From: an uncultured archaeon
Lineage (GTDB): Archaea; Aenigmatarchaeota; Aenigmatarchaeia; Aenigmatarchaeales; Aenigmatarchaeaceae
NCBI GenBank assembly: GCA_964348065.1
Contig: CAYGBE010000214.1
Coordinates: 66,572-130,571 of the forward strand
Direction of reading: 5' to 3'
DNA length: 64,000 bases
The notes beneath the pieces were generated by a model that saw only the letters and a program-made list of their open reading frames with translations, was not told where the DNA came from and ran no database searches. A program made the translations under genes and the position numbers. Positions 8,659-17,481 of the stretch are shown piece by piece. Numbering within the stretch: the stretch's first letter is position 1; every line of letters begins with the position of its first letter.

Positions 8659-9120
8659 ATGAAAGCTTGGAAAATTATAGTTGCAGGAATTATAATTGCA
8701 ATAATAGCTCAAATCATTCATACAATTGAGGCATATGCTACAATGGATTTTTACATGGACCCGAATCTTTGTGATTTTGATCCAACCACAGGAGAACTTG
8801 GAGTTTGTGTGTGGAGTAATATAATGATGCCAACAGCAGGACCACCACCAACTGAATTTTACTATTATTCAATTGTGTTTGCAGTAATAACAGGAATAAT
8901 ATATGCTCTAGTTTATGCAATGATTAAAAATAGTATACCAGGAAAAATCCCTAAAAAGGGTTTGTACTTTGGTTTTCTATTATTCTTACTAGGAATACCA
9001 CATTTTCTAACAATGTACTTACTAATTAACTTACCATCGTTGTTGTTAGTCTACTGGGTAATATCAGGTCTTATAGTTAATCTAATTAACGGAGTTATTA
9101 TTGCTTACATAGTTAAATAG
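8659..9120 (+). CDS. hypothetical polytopic membrane protein
   Basis: 153-aa ORF with about 4 hydrophobic helices. No motif recognised. Confidence 0.45.
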   Translation: MKAWKIIVAGIIIAIIAQIIHTIEAYATMDFYMDPNLCDFDPTTGELGVCVWSNIMMPTAGPPPTEFYYYSIVFAVITGIIYALVYAMIKNSIPGKIPKKGLYFGFLLFLLGIPHFLTMYLLINLPSLLLVYWVISGLIVNLINGVIIAYIVK

Positions 9121-9128
9121 TGTTTTAA

Positions 9129-10391
9129 ATGAAAATCTTTGCAGACTTACATTTACATAGTCATTACAGCAGAGCAACTTCTAATAAAATGAACATAGAA
9201 AATCTGGAAAAATATGCAAAAATTAAGGGTTTAAATCTTTTAGGAACTGGAGACTTTACACATCCTATTTGGTTAGACGAGTTAAAAAGAAGTTTAACAC
9301 AAGTTGAAAACACTGGTTTGTTCCAATTCAAAAACAGGGATATTTTTTTCATGCTTCAAGCAGAAGTTTCAAATATTTACAGACAAGATGAAAAAACAAG
9401 AAAAATTCATAATATTATTCTAGCTCCTAGTTTTGAGATTGTAGACCAAATAAATGATTTTCTTAAAAATTATGGCAGTTTGGGAAGCGATGGAAGACCT
9501 ATGCTAACTAAGATTAATTGTGCAGAAATGACAGAATATTTGATTAACGTTTCTAAACATGTAGTAATAATACCAGCTCATATATGGACTCCTTGGTTTT
9601 CTTTGTTTGGAAGCAAATCTGGTTTTGATTCAATAGAAAATTGTTTTAAAGAACAGACAAAACACATATTTGCTTTAGAAACTGGTCTTTCTAGTGATCC
9701 TGCAATGAATTGGAGACTGTCTTCACTAGATAGATTTACTTTGGTTTCAAATAGTGATAGCCACAGTCCTTGGCCTAACAGATTAGGCAGAGAGTTGAAT
9801 GTTTTTGACACTAAAATGAAATACGAAGAAATAATAAAAACTATAAAAGAAAAGAGTCCTAAAAAATTCCTTTATACTATTGAAGTTGATCCTGCTTATG
9901 GCAAGTATCATTGGGATGGTCATAGAAACTGTAATGTTTGTTTGAGTCCTAAAGAATCAAAAAAATATGAGGATATTTGTCCTGTTTGTGGAAACCCATT
10001 AACCATAGGTGTGGAACATAGAGTCGAAGAACTGGCAGATAGAAATCAAGGGTTTGTTCCAAAAAATTCTATTCCTTTTAAAAATCTACTTCCTTTATCA
10101 GAATTAATAGCAAATGTTTATAATACTCAAGCTTTTTCTAAGAAAGTTTGGAATGAGTCCACAAAACTAATAAAAGAATTTGAGTCTGAATTAAATGTTT
10201 TATTAGATGCTAACAAAGAAAAACTAAGGCTCTTAGTTAATGAAAAACTTGTTGATTTAATAATAAAAAATAGAGAAAACAAGATAAAGGTCCAACCTGG
10301 GTATGACGGGGTTTATGGAAAGTTAATATTAGAGGGTGATGCTTCTATTAAACAACCTCAAAAAAGAATTGACAGTTATATTAAAAAATAA
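9129..10391 (+). CDS. endonuclease Q (PHP-domain, deaminated-base endonuclease) homolog
   Basis: N-terminal PHP motif ADLHLHSHYSRATS, then PAHIWTPWFS and SNSDSHSPWPNRLGRE. Zn-finger GKYHWDGHRNC...CPVCG. Length and motif order match Pyrococcus EndoQ as I recall it. Confidence 0.8.
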   Translation: MKIFADLHLHSHYSRATSNKMNIENLEKYAKIKGLNLLGTGDFTHPIWLDELKRSLTQVENTGLFQFKNRDIFFMLQAEVSNIYRQDEKTRKIHNIILAPSFEIVDQINDFLKNYGSLGSDGRPMLTKINCAEMTEYLINVSKHVVIIPAHIWTPWFSLFGSKSGFDSIENCFKEQTKHIFALETGLSSDPAMNWRLSSLDRFTLVSNSDSHSPWPNRLGRELNVFDTKMKYEEIIKTIKEKSPKKFLYTIEVDPAYGKYHWDGHRNCNVCLSPKESKKYEDICPVCGNPLTIGVEHRVEELADRNQGFVPKNSIPFKNLLPLSELIANVYNTQAFSKKVWNESTKLIKEFESELNVLLDANKEKLRLLVNEKLVDLIIKNRENKIKVQPGYDGVYGKLILEGDASIKQPQKRIDSYIKK

Positions 10392-10401
10392 TAAAAATGG
10401 G

Positions 10402-10427
10402 AGTAGAGAAATGCTTCTCTACTTTTC
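10402..10427. terminator. putative bidirectional terminator between convergent genes
   Basis: AGTAGAGAA-ATGC-TTCTCTACT hairpin followed by TTTT, located between the stops at 10391 (+) and 10442 (-). Confidence 0.45.
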
Positions 10428-10441
10428 AAAACAGTAAACAA

Positions 10442-11392
10442 TTACCTACCTGTGACCACAACGCTAGCTGTCCTTTCAGTAAAGTATCCATAGTCTGCTG
10501 TTACTGTAATTGGGAAACTTTGGAATGTTGCTGGTGGTGTTATTGTAATGTCACATGATAATGTTATGTCTTTTCCTCCAATCAGTTCTTGAACTCCTGT
10601 ACATTCATTAGACAAGTCTGTGCCAGCTAAATTAACACCAATGTCAACTCTGTTTATTTGATCTGTTGTTAAATTAAGGTTATCTGGGTTAGTTGTACTA
10701 TAATCAATTGTATCATCTGAATATAGTACACCGCCACCTGCATTACCAACCTTTACTATTAGTGTAAATGAATTTTCAGTGTCGTACAAAACTACTGGGT
10801 CTTGAGTCACATATGCCATTACAGATACTGGGCCTGCTGATGCGCTCCAAGTTGCTTTGTTTAATGTTGTACCAGCTGCTTTTGCTGCATCCCACTCAGC
10901 TTGTGAATAAACCCAAATATTTCCTGTAACTTTTGTCTGATAGTCATAATAAACTCTTCCTATGAAGAGATAATTGTTTTGTTCACCTTTTGAAATATTT
11001 GGTGCTGTTAGAGACCACGTAATCATTTTTTCGGTTGCTGGAACATCTCCAACTATATCAGCTGGTTTCATTTCTGTATTAAATTTCCTTATCAAGGTAT
11101 CGCCTGTAGTCCAGAATATTGTGTCGTCGCCAGCAGGTTCCAAGGCTGAACCTGTTAAGTATACTAATGATTCAGCATCTGGAACTGAGTGACCTCCTTT
11201 GTTGGTGACTGTTACCATTATCCTGTTTGTTTGTCCTCCGTAAACTGCTGTCTGATCTGAAGAAAAGTCTGTCATAACTAGTCCTGTACCTCCAAGGAAT
11301 GTAATTGGTTGTTGAAATATATTTGTTATTGGACCTGCGCAACCTGCTATAAAAAGTGTAGCCAGCGTAGCTAACAAAATCTCTTTTTTCAT
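10442..11392 (-). CDS. secreted lipobox protein, double beta-sandwich module (cluster paralog F)
   Basis: Signal plus lipobox (LFIAGC). Homologous along its whole length to 11593-12672: VTNKGGHSVPDAESLVYLTGS vs VENKGGTNVPDGDAVVYLTGS; FIGRVYYDYQT..GNIWVYS vs FIARVYHEYET..GNVWIYS; TTDQINRVD vs TTEQINRVD. Has its own TATA (CTATATATATAC) and an AGGTGA SD. Confidence 0.6.
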   Translation of the reverse strand: MKKEILLATLATLFIAGCAGPITNIFQQPITFLGGTGLVMTDFSSDQTAVYGGQTNRIMVTVTNKGGHSVPDAESLVYLTGSALEPAGDDTIFWTTGDTLIRKFNTEMKPADIVGDVPATEKMITWSLTAPNISKGEQNNYLFIGRVYYDYQTKVTGNIWVYSQAEWDAAKAAGTTLNKATWSASAGPVSVMAYVTQDPVVLYDTENSFTLIVKVGNAGGGVLYSDDTIDYSTTNPDNLNLTTDQINRVDIGVNLAGTDLSNECTGVQELIGGKDITLSCDITITPPATFQSFPITVTADYGYFTERTASVVVTGR

Positions 11393-11592
11393 TTAAAAAT
11401 CACCTTTTATTTCTTATCATAAAATTGTAAGCCGTATATATATAGATTTAGGTTTATGGAGAAATATATTGTTTACACTACGAAAAATTTACAATTTAGA
11501 AAGGATATTATCTAAATAATGATGATTCTATTAACTATTATAAAAAATAGAAAAAACTAGAACTGAAAAAAGGAAATCAATGGGTTAGTTGA

Positions 11593-12672
11593 TTAAGCAC
11601 AGCCTCCGGCACCATCACAAGTTTCTGGATCAGTACAATCATCTTTAGGATCTTCTCCCTCTGCTACATATTCACAGTCACCAGCAACACATTCTTCACA
11701 TGCTGGACAATCATCATCTGTAGTACATTCTGCTGCTGTTTCTCTTCCCTGAAGTGTTACAATAGTTGTTCTTTCAGTATAATATCCATAAGACACTGAC
11801 ACGCCTAAATCATAGGAAGCTAGACTTGGTATACTACCGGGTATTGTTACCTCGCAAACCAAAGTTGTATCTTTTCCTGCTATTAATTCTTGGGCACCTT
11901 CACAACCACTTCCAACTTCAAGTGTACCAGCGCCAACCTCTACATCAACCCTGTTTATTTGTTCTGTTGTTAATGAAACACTTCTACTTTCTCCAGTATA
12001 CGTTAAAATGTCTGGAGCATAAATTGTTCCTGCTCCAAGATTTGATAGTTTTACATACAATGTAAATGAGCTATCAGTACCATATATGATAACAGGGTCA
12101 GGAGACACGGAAACTTCAATACCTACTGGACCTCTTGTATAAGTAAAAGATGGTCTATACAATGCTCTTCCAGCAGTTCTTGCTGCTTCTGCTTCAGTTT
12201 CAGAATAAATCCAAACATTACCATTTGCAGTTGTCTCATATTCATGATAAACTCTTGCTATGAATGTGTCTTGTCTTGTTTGACCTGGAGTAAGAGCTGG
12301 TGCTTCTAATGACTTAGTAAATCTTTTGGAATCTGCTGGAATTTGTCTTACAACATCTGTTGCTTTCATATCTTGCTCAAAGTCCAAGTATTCAAATGAT
12401 CCTGCACCACTCCAACCAGCATAGTTTGAACCTGTTAAATAAACTACAGCATCTCCATCTGGAACATTAGTTCCTCCTTTGTTCTCAACATCCAACATGA
12501 GTCTGACTGAAGAACCACTAAATGCGGAAGATGGTTCTATTGAAAAACTGGTTATCTCTAGACCATTAGCTCCGCCTAATAACGGTGCTCCTCCGAAACC
12601 TGGTATTTCAATGCCTGCACAAGCTGCAACTAAAACCATTGCTAAAATTGAAATTAATATTTTAATTTTCAT
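11593..12672 (-). CDS. secreted lipobox protein, double beta-sandwich module plus Cys/acidic C-terminal tail (paralog E)
   Basis: Signal plus lipobox (VLVAAC). Same module as paralog F. Carries an extra 49-aa tail: ETAAECTTDDDCPACEECVAGDCEYVAEGEDPKDDCTDPETCDGAGGCA. Confidence 0.6.
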   Translation of the reverse strand: MKIKILISILAMVLVAACAGIEIPGFGGAPLLGGANGLEITSFSIEPSSAFSGSSVRLMLDVENKGGTNVPDGDAVVYLTGSNYAGWSGAGSFEYLDFEQDMKATDVVRQIPADSKRFTKSLEAPALTPGQTRQDTFIARVYHEYETTANGNVWIYSETEAEAARTAGRALYRPSFTYTRGPVGIEVSVSPDPVIIYGTDSSFTLYVKLSNLGAGTIYAPDILTYTGESRSVSLTTEQINRVDVEVGAGTLEVGSGCEGAQELIAGKDTTLVCEVTIPGSIPSLASYDLGVSVSYGYYTERTTIVTLQGRETAAECTTDDDCPACEECVAGDCEYVAEGEDPKDDCTDPETCDGAGGCA

Positions 12673-12777
12673 GATTTCACTGATATAAAATTGTTAAGTA
12701 CGTATTTATAATTGTTGGTCAAATTACCACTGGTGTTGGCCTAGACCTGGTCCTGAAGAAGAAGTTGATCTTTCAAC

Positions 12778-13656
12778 TTAACCGCCTGCTATTATTGATA
12801 TGGGTATAGTATTGTAAATTTTGTATGTGTAATCAATATCCATGCTAAAGGGTTGAACGTCCATCACAGCTGGTGATGAAGTATCAAAAGTACATATAGA
12901 TGAAACTGATCTTCCTTTTATGAATTTTAAATAATTACTCCAAGGCTGTCTTAAACTCCCTGATTCATAATCTTCACAACTTAAAGATAACATATTGCTT
13001 GGAACTGTTAAACCAATAACTATGTTCTCAAAAAAACCGTTTCCTCTATTATGATAATTAATATCCATACCATATCCTGATAGATCTGCTAAAAATGGTT
13101 GTGGTTCAGAAAATGTTAGAAAAATATTTAACGGGCCTTGGGGAGAACTAGATGTAATGGAAATTCCTCCAAGTGTTCCTTCTATTTCTCTTCGTTCGTA
13201 TTCAGCTGCTGATAAAACTGCTATATCTTGGTGCAATGTGTTGTGAGCAGCATAAGACACAACGAATTTTATTTGACACAGTTTATCTATATCTGATCCT
13301 TTTGCTGTCCATCTCCAAGTCCATGTACAACTTTCATTTGGTTTTAATATTGTGTCTTTACAATCACGGGGAGTAGCCATTTTAAAATTTCCACTGTCTT
13401 CAATACAAGGATGGTCATAAACATCAAAATTAATACCTGTTAAATCATAAGATTGTTTGTTTCTTAATTCAAAAAATACTTTAAAATCTCTTCCTCCTCT
13501 AATTTGTGAACTAAGTGCTTCTACTTTTACAAAAATATCTGGATTTGACAAATCACTAATAACAGTTTCTAATTGTTGAGAAACAAATGGGATATTAGGT
13601 AGAGATGAACATAAGGAAATTAAAACTATAGGTAGTAAAAGTAGCAAATATTTCAT
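12778..13656 (-). CDS. secreted protein, divergent member of the same module family (paralog C)
   Basis: Signal with Cys (VLISLCSS). Shares landmark order with paralogs D/E/F: FFELRNKQ..., VVSYAAHN..DIAVLSAAEYE, GPLNIFL, NRGNG, SSICTF, MDIDYTYKIY. Confidence 0.5.
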   Translation of the reverse strand: MKYLLLLLPIVLISLCSSLPNIPFVSQQLETVISDLSNPDIFVKVEALSSQIRGGRDFKVFFELRNKQSYDLTGINFDVYDHPCIEDSGNFKMATPRDCKDTILKPNESCTWTWRWTAKGSDIDKLCQIKFVVSYAAHNTLHQDIAVLSAAEYERREIEGTLGGISITSSSPQGPLNIFLTFSEPQPFLADLSGYGMDINYHNRGNGFFENIVIGLTVPSNMLSLSCEDYESGSLRQPWSNYLKFIKGRSVSSICTFDTSSPAVMDVQPFSMDIDYTYKIYNTIPISIIAGG

Positions 13657-13684
13657 AAAAATTATTAGATTTTGGTAAATAAAT

Positions 13685-14629
13685 CTATGGTACTATTTTA
13701 ACGTTAACTTCTCCTGTTGAATAATAATCATAATCAATTGATGCTGTTATAAAATACGTTCTCTCAGGAATACCTTCAGGTAAGCTACGTGTTTTAATAC
13801 CAATACATCTTACTTCAAGTGATTTTTTATTTATTATAGGAATATCATCATTATTTCTGAAGGTACTTGAATCGCCTACGCGTGAAAAATATGGACATCT
13901 TGCACTACTCAAATCAAACTCAGAAGGAAATGTTATTGTAAATGTTTCGCTCAAAATTTCACTTAATAAGCCAGTTCCTTTGTTTTCAACTGTCACATAA
14001 ACTGGCAAAGGATAACCAGTATCTTTTACAGGCAAACTTGTTCCAAAATCAAAATAAATTTTTAGAGGCCCTCTTCCAACGTTTATAGTAGGTTTAAAGG
14101 ATCGTGCTGTTCCTGCTCTTTGCAATTCTTCTAAATGAGCTTCACTAATTACAAGAACATCAATTTCAGTTGTTGCGTTATAAGGAAAATCAAATTTAAA
14201 TCTTATAGGACAGGTTAAACTTATAGCTGCAATTTCCTCTGCTGAAGGAGCTTTAAAAGTCCATATAACTAATCTTGTTTCTTGGGGGAAAAAATCACCA
14301 CCTGGAAAAACTGCAGATGTTCCGATGGTATAAGCCCCTGTTATGGGGGGTTCTCCTTCTATAGGATCACACAAACCAGTGTCATAAAGATTATAATCTA
14401 CAGGAACCTTTATGAATTCATCTTGATTTAAAAGTTCAAAAAAAACTGAAAACTCATCATTTACACGAACAGTTGTTGAAGGTAAAACAGTTACATTAGT
14501 TATTGAAATTACATCAGATGGTAATTCAACAACCGTGGGTCCTTGACTAGCAAATATATTAAGAAATGGTATTCTTGAACAACCTGAAACTAATAAAATT
14601 AATATTAAACTTAAAAACAGTTTTTTCAT
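13685..14629 (-). CDS. secreted lipobox protein, same module family (paralog D)
   Basis: Signal plus lipobox (LLVSGC). Landmarks: FFELLNQDEF, FDFPYNATTEIDVLVISEAHLEELQRAGT, GRGPLKIYF, VENKGTGLL, LEVRCIGI, ASIDYDYYSTGEVNVKI. Confidence 0.55.
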   Translation of the reverse strand: MKKLFLSLILILLVSGCSRIPFLNIFASQGPTVVELPSDVISITNVTVLPSTTVRVNDEFSVFFELLNQDEFIKVPVDYNLYDTGLCDPIEGEPPITGAYTIGTSAVFPGGDFFPQETRLVIWTFKAPSAEEIAAISLTCPIRFKFDFPYNATTEIDVLVISEAHLEELQRAGTARSFKPTINVGRGPLKIYFDFGTSLPVKDTGYPLPVYVTVENKGTGLLSEILSETFTITFPSEFDLSSARCPYFSRVGDSSTFRNNDDIPIINKKSLEVRCIGIKTRSLPEGIPERTYFITASIDYDYYSTGEVNVKIVP

Positions 14630-14667
14630 GTTATCATTTTAATATTCTATTTTTAAACTTAAAGGTT

Positions 14668-17427
14668 TTATTGTGGAGGTGCATTTGCAACTTGTAAAAT
14701 TTGTGTTGATGTTTTTACATAAGTATAATCTGCTAACCCTATAATTAAATTGGTTTGTCTTTCAATAACTGAAGATACGTCTCTCGGTTCTATGAAAAAT
14801 GAAATTCTTTTAAATTCACGGTTTTCCACCAAAGTTTCACTATGTTCACACACTATAGCATTATAAGTTTTTCCATCAATACTTCGAGAACCAATAGCAC
14901 CACAACCAGGATCAAAACTTGTACGTATAGTAGTTGGTGTTCCCAATTCTATTGGAACAAGAACTGTAAAAGTTACATCCTCTATATTACCGGTGCCCTC
15001 ATTTAAAATTGATGCAATAACAATAGAAGGCTCAGTGTCTCTTATTGGTTGTCTTGGTATATACAATGTTGCTTTAACAGGACCTCCAGTATATCTTGAA
15101 TATAATTCATGCAACACAACTTGTCTATTTTCAAGCAAGGTTATGTAAGTCGGAGTATCTATGACTTCAATTGGTAAAGACACATTAACTTTGTAATCAT
15201 AAGTTGTATTGACTCTTACTCTGATCATATGACCCGAATAATCATATAGTATTGCTGTTATGTTACCATATTCATCGTACACATATTCTTCAGTTCTTAA
15301 GTCAACTCCACTATTTACCCATCCATAGTCTTCATATATAAATGTAGATAGTTTGACTTCGTTTGGGTAAATAGTACCGTCCCATTCGCATGTAGCCACA
15401 TGATCTGATTCGATCGCATCAGATCTACCACTACATGTCATTCTGGCAAAATCACCAATTAGTACTTCCTCTCCCAAAGTTACTGGATCTTGCCAACTTG
15501 TCCAAACTTCCAACTCCAAATAATCTGATTCAAATTCACCTTGATTAGTAAGTTCTATTGTGCCTGTCATAGGTTCAGTTGGTTCTAAAACTCCGGGTAA
15601 TGATGGGAACAACTCAAATCTAGTTAACTCTATAGATAGAGGTGAGCCTCCTTCATCAACAATACTTGCTCCTGCTTGTTGTTGTTGTAACTGTATTAGA
15701 TAATATTGTTGGGGATTTGTTATTAATAGCCAAACATCTCCTAATCCAAATTGGGCTTGCGACCAAGCAGTACTCAATGGAGCTAGATAAGTTTCACCAA
15801 AAGACAGAACATAGGGCCACCAGTATCCAAAAACTGCTTGACCCACATAACCTGTATAAATGCTTGAAAATGTAAACATTGCAATGAAAATCATTAAAAC
15901 TCCTATACCTGGTCTTCCTTCTGGACCTGTTGACAAACCAGTAACAAACGAGAGGAACCAAACTGCAACAAACATCATTTGAGACATAGTCCATGTCCAA
16001 GCAGTTCCTGTCATTGTAAAGAAAAGGGATGCAATCATTAAAACTATAAACAAAGCATATCCAATTGGACTGTCTTGTAACTTGCTGATTTTACCTATTT
16101 CCACTGTGATCCTACCTGCTTCTTGTGCTGATTTTGATCTTGGAAAATTAACAAAAAATGCTGCAGCCATGAGCGCCAAAGCTAAATTAACATTATTAAA
16201 CAAGCCACCTGCTCTAAAAACAAACCAGAATAAAAATGCTATATATGCACCGAGTAACATTTTGGCCCATGCTTCTATAATCTTATAAGGTTGGCTGACT
16301 CTATAGGCTGATGGCATTGGCAAGTAAAATATGAAAGCAAGTATCAAAGTTAATACCATATTAATCATAGAAAATTGTAAAAGTATAAAAGCAAAAGCAA
16401 ATATTTTTGCACCTGCTTTTGGGAATAACAAAGCAGCCTTTCCACTGTCAAAAGGTTGATCAGGGCCAATAGACCTAAGAACATCACGCTCTCCAGGAAG
16501 CAAAATATAAGCTGGAACAAATGCCATTAAAGCAATTGCCAAATAATTAAATGCTATTGGAAAACCTAAATATTGAGGGATGAATAAGGATAGTATTCCA
16601 GCTATTTCAACCATGAAAACTGTATAAATTTTATAACCAACTTTTTTCCCAGTTACATATCTTAATTTTTTCGTTGCTATTCTTTGTTCTTGAATATATG
16701 TTTCTTCTTGATAAGGATTAGGTAAACCACATCCATCAGGTGGATTTGGACAATGTTTTAATTCATAATCATAAACTGTTCCACAACGTTCACAAATAAC
16801 AGGATGTCGACCAGTTCCTTTTACAAAAGTTCTTTTAATAGCGCCAGGAGCCTTTTTTATCGATCTTTTAGTACCACCAGCCATAGCAGGAACAGCTTTT
16901 TCAGCGGTTTCTAGAGAACGTTGCATAAAATTTGTAAGAGATGTGGGAATACCTCCTTTAATAGAACTTGGTACAAATTTAGGTGCTCCTTTATGAACAA
17001 CTTTTTTATAAGCTTCTTTTAGACTATGAGTTTTCCTCCAATGATTTTCATAATCTTTCATGGATTGAAATGTTTTAGTACAATCAGGACATTTAACATA
17101 TGGTCTTAGTTCTGTAATTTTTTTATGTTTATCAAAATACTTTTCTGTAACGCTTATAGATTTACTAATAGCATCATCAAGTGGGTATCCGATATCTCTA
17201 TATCTGTTTATAAGTCTTACGATGTTTGCAGAGACTTCATTACCACTTGCGGCATCTTTTCTAATTTCATTGTAAATCACTGTAGCATGTTCCATTCGCA
17301 TTTTAATTTCATCTTTACGTTGTTTTTCTTTGGTTTTAGCTTCTCTTTTAGTTCTTCCCTTTCTTTTCAATGTTTCCCCTGATAAAAAATCTGCTAGTCC
17401 ACCTACAAACCTTTCCATTATACCCAT
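14668..17427 (-). CDS. 919-aa polytopic membrane protein: cytoplasmic C2H2 finger plus zinc ribbon, ~9-10 TM helices, C-terminal ectodomain with the cluster's beta-sandwich module
   Basis: No signal peptide. Basic N-terminus with CPDCTKTFQSMKDYENHWRKTH (C-x2-C-x12-H-x4-H) and CERCG...HCPNPPDGCG. Hydrophobic core spans roughly aa 270-560. Ectodomain landmarks: ELTNQGEFES, TTYDYKVNVSLPIEVI, GGPVKATLYI, ILNEGTGNI, NAIVCEH, GLADYTYVKTSTQI. Confidence 0.6.
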   Translation of the reverse strand: MGIMERFVGGLADFLSGETLKRKGRTKREAKTKEKQRKDEIKMRMEHATVIYNEIRKDAASGNEVSANIVRLINRYRDIGYPLDDAISKSISVTEKYFDKHKKITELRPYVKCPDCTKTFQSMKDYENHWRKTHSLKEAYKKVVHKGAPKFVPSSIKGGIPTSLTNFMQRSLETAEKAVPAMAGGTKRSIKKAPGAIKRTFVKGTGRHPVICERCGTVYDYELKHCPNPPDGCGLPNPYQEETYIQEQRIATKKLRYVTGKKVGYKIYTVFMVEIAGILSLFIPQYLGFPIAFNYLAIALMAFVPAYILLPGERDVLRSIGPDQPFDSGKAALLFPKAGAKIFAFAFILLQFSMINMVLTLILAFIFYLPMPSAYRVSQPYKIIEAWAKMLLGAYIAFLFWFVFRAGGLFNNVNLALALMAAAFFVNFPRSKSAQEAGRITVEIGKISKLQDSPIGYALFIVLMIASLFFTMTGTAWTWTMSQMMFVAVWFLSFVTGLSTGPEGRPGIGVLMIFIAMFTFSSIYTGYVGQAVFGYWWPYVLSFGETYLAPLSTAWSQAQFGLGDVWLLITNPQQYYLIQLQQQQAGASIVDEGGSPLSIELTRFELFPSLPGVLEPTEPMTGTIELTNQGEFESDYLELEVWTSWQDPVTLGEEVLIGDFARMTCSGRSDAIESDHVATCEWDGTIYPNEVKLSTFIYEDYGWVNSGVDLRTEEYVYDEYGNITAILYDYSGHMIRVRVNTTYDYKVNVSLPIEVIDTPTYITLLENRQVVLHELYSRYTGGPVKATLYIPRQPIRDTEPSIVIASILNEGTGNIEDVTFTVLVPIELGTPTTIRTSFDPGCGAIGSRSIDGKTYNAIVCEHSETLVENREFKRISFFIEPRDVSSVIERQTNLIIGLADYTYVKTSTQILQVANAPPQ

Positions 17428-17481
17428 TAAAACAACCTCTATTTTCTATAAACTAAATGTGAAAATCGATATATTAAATTA

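Noticed and set aside
14668-17427. The 919-aa polytopic protein as oligosaccharyltransferase AglB
   Set aside because: AglB starts with TM helices and carries a WWDYG motif in its C-terminal domain. This protein has a 260-aa cytoplasmic zinc-finger N-terminus and only a coincidental YWWPY inside a TM segment. Its ectodomain matches the neighbouring paralogs instead.
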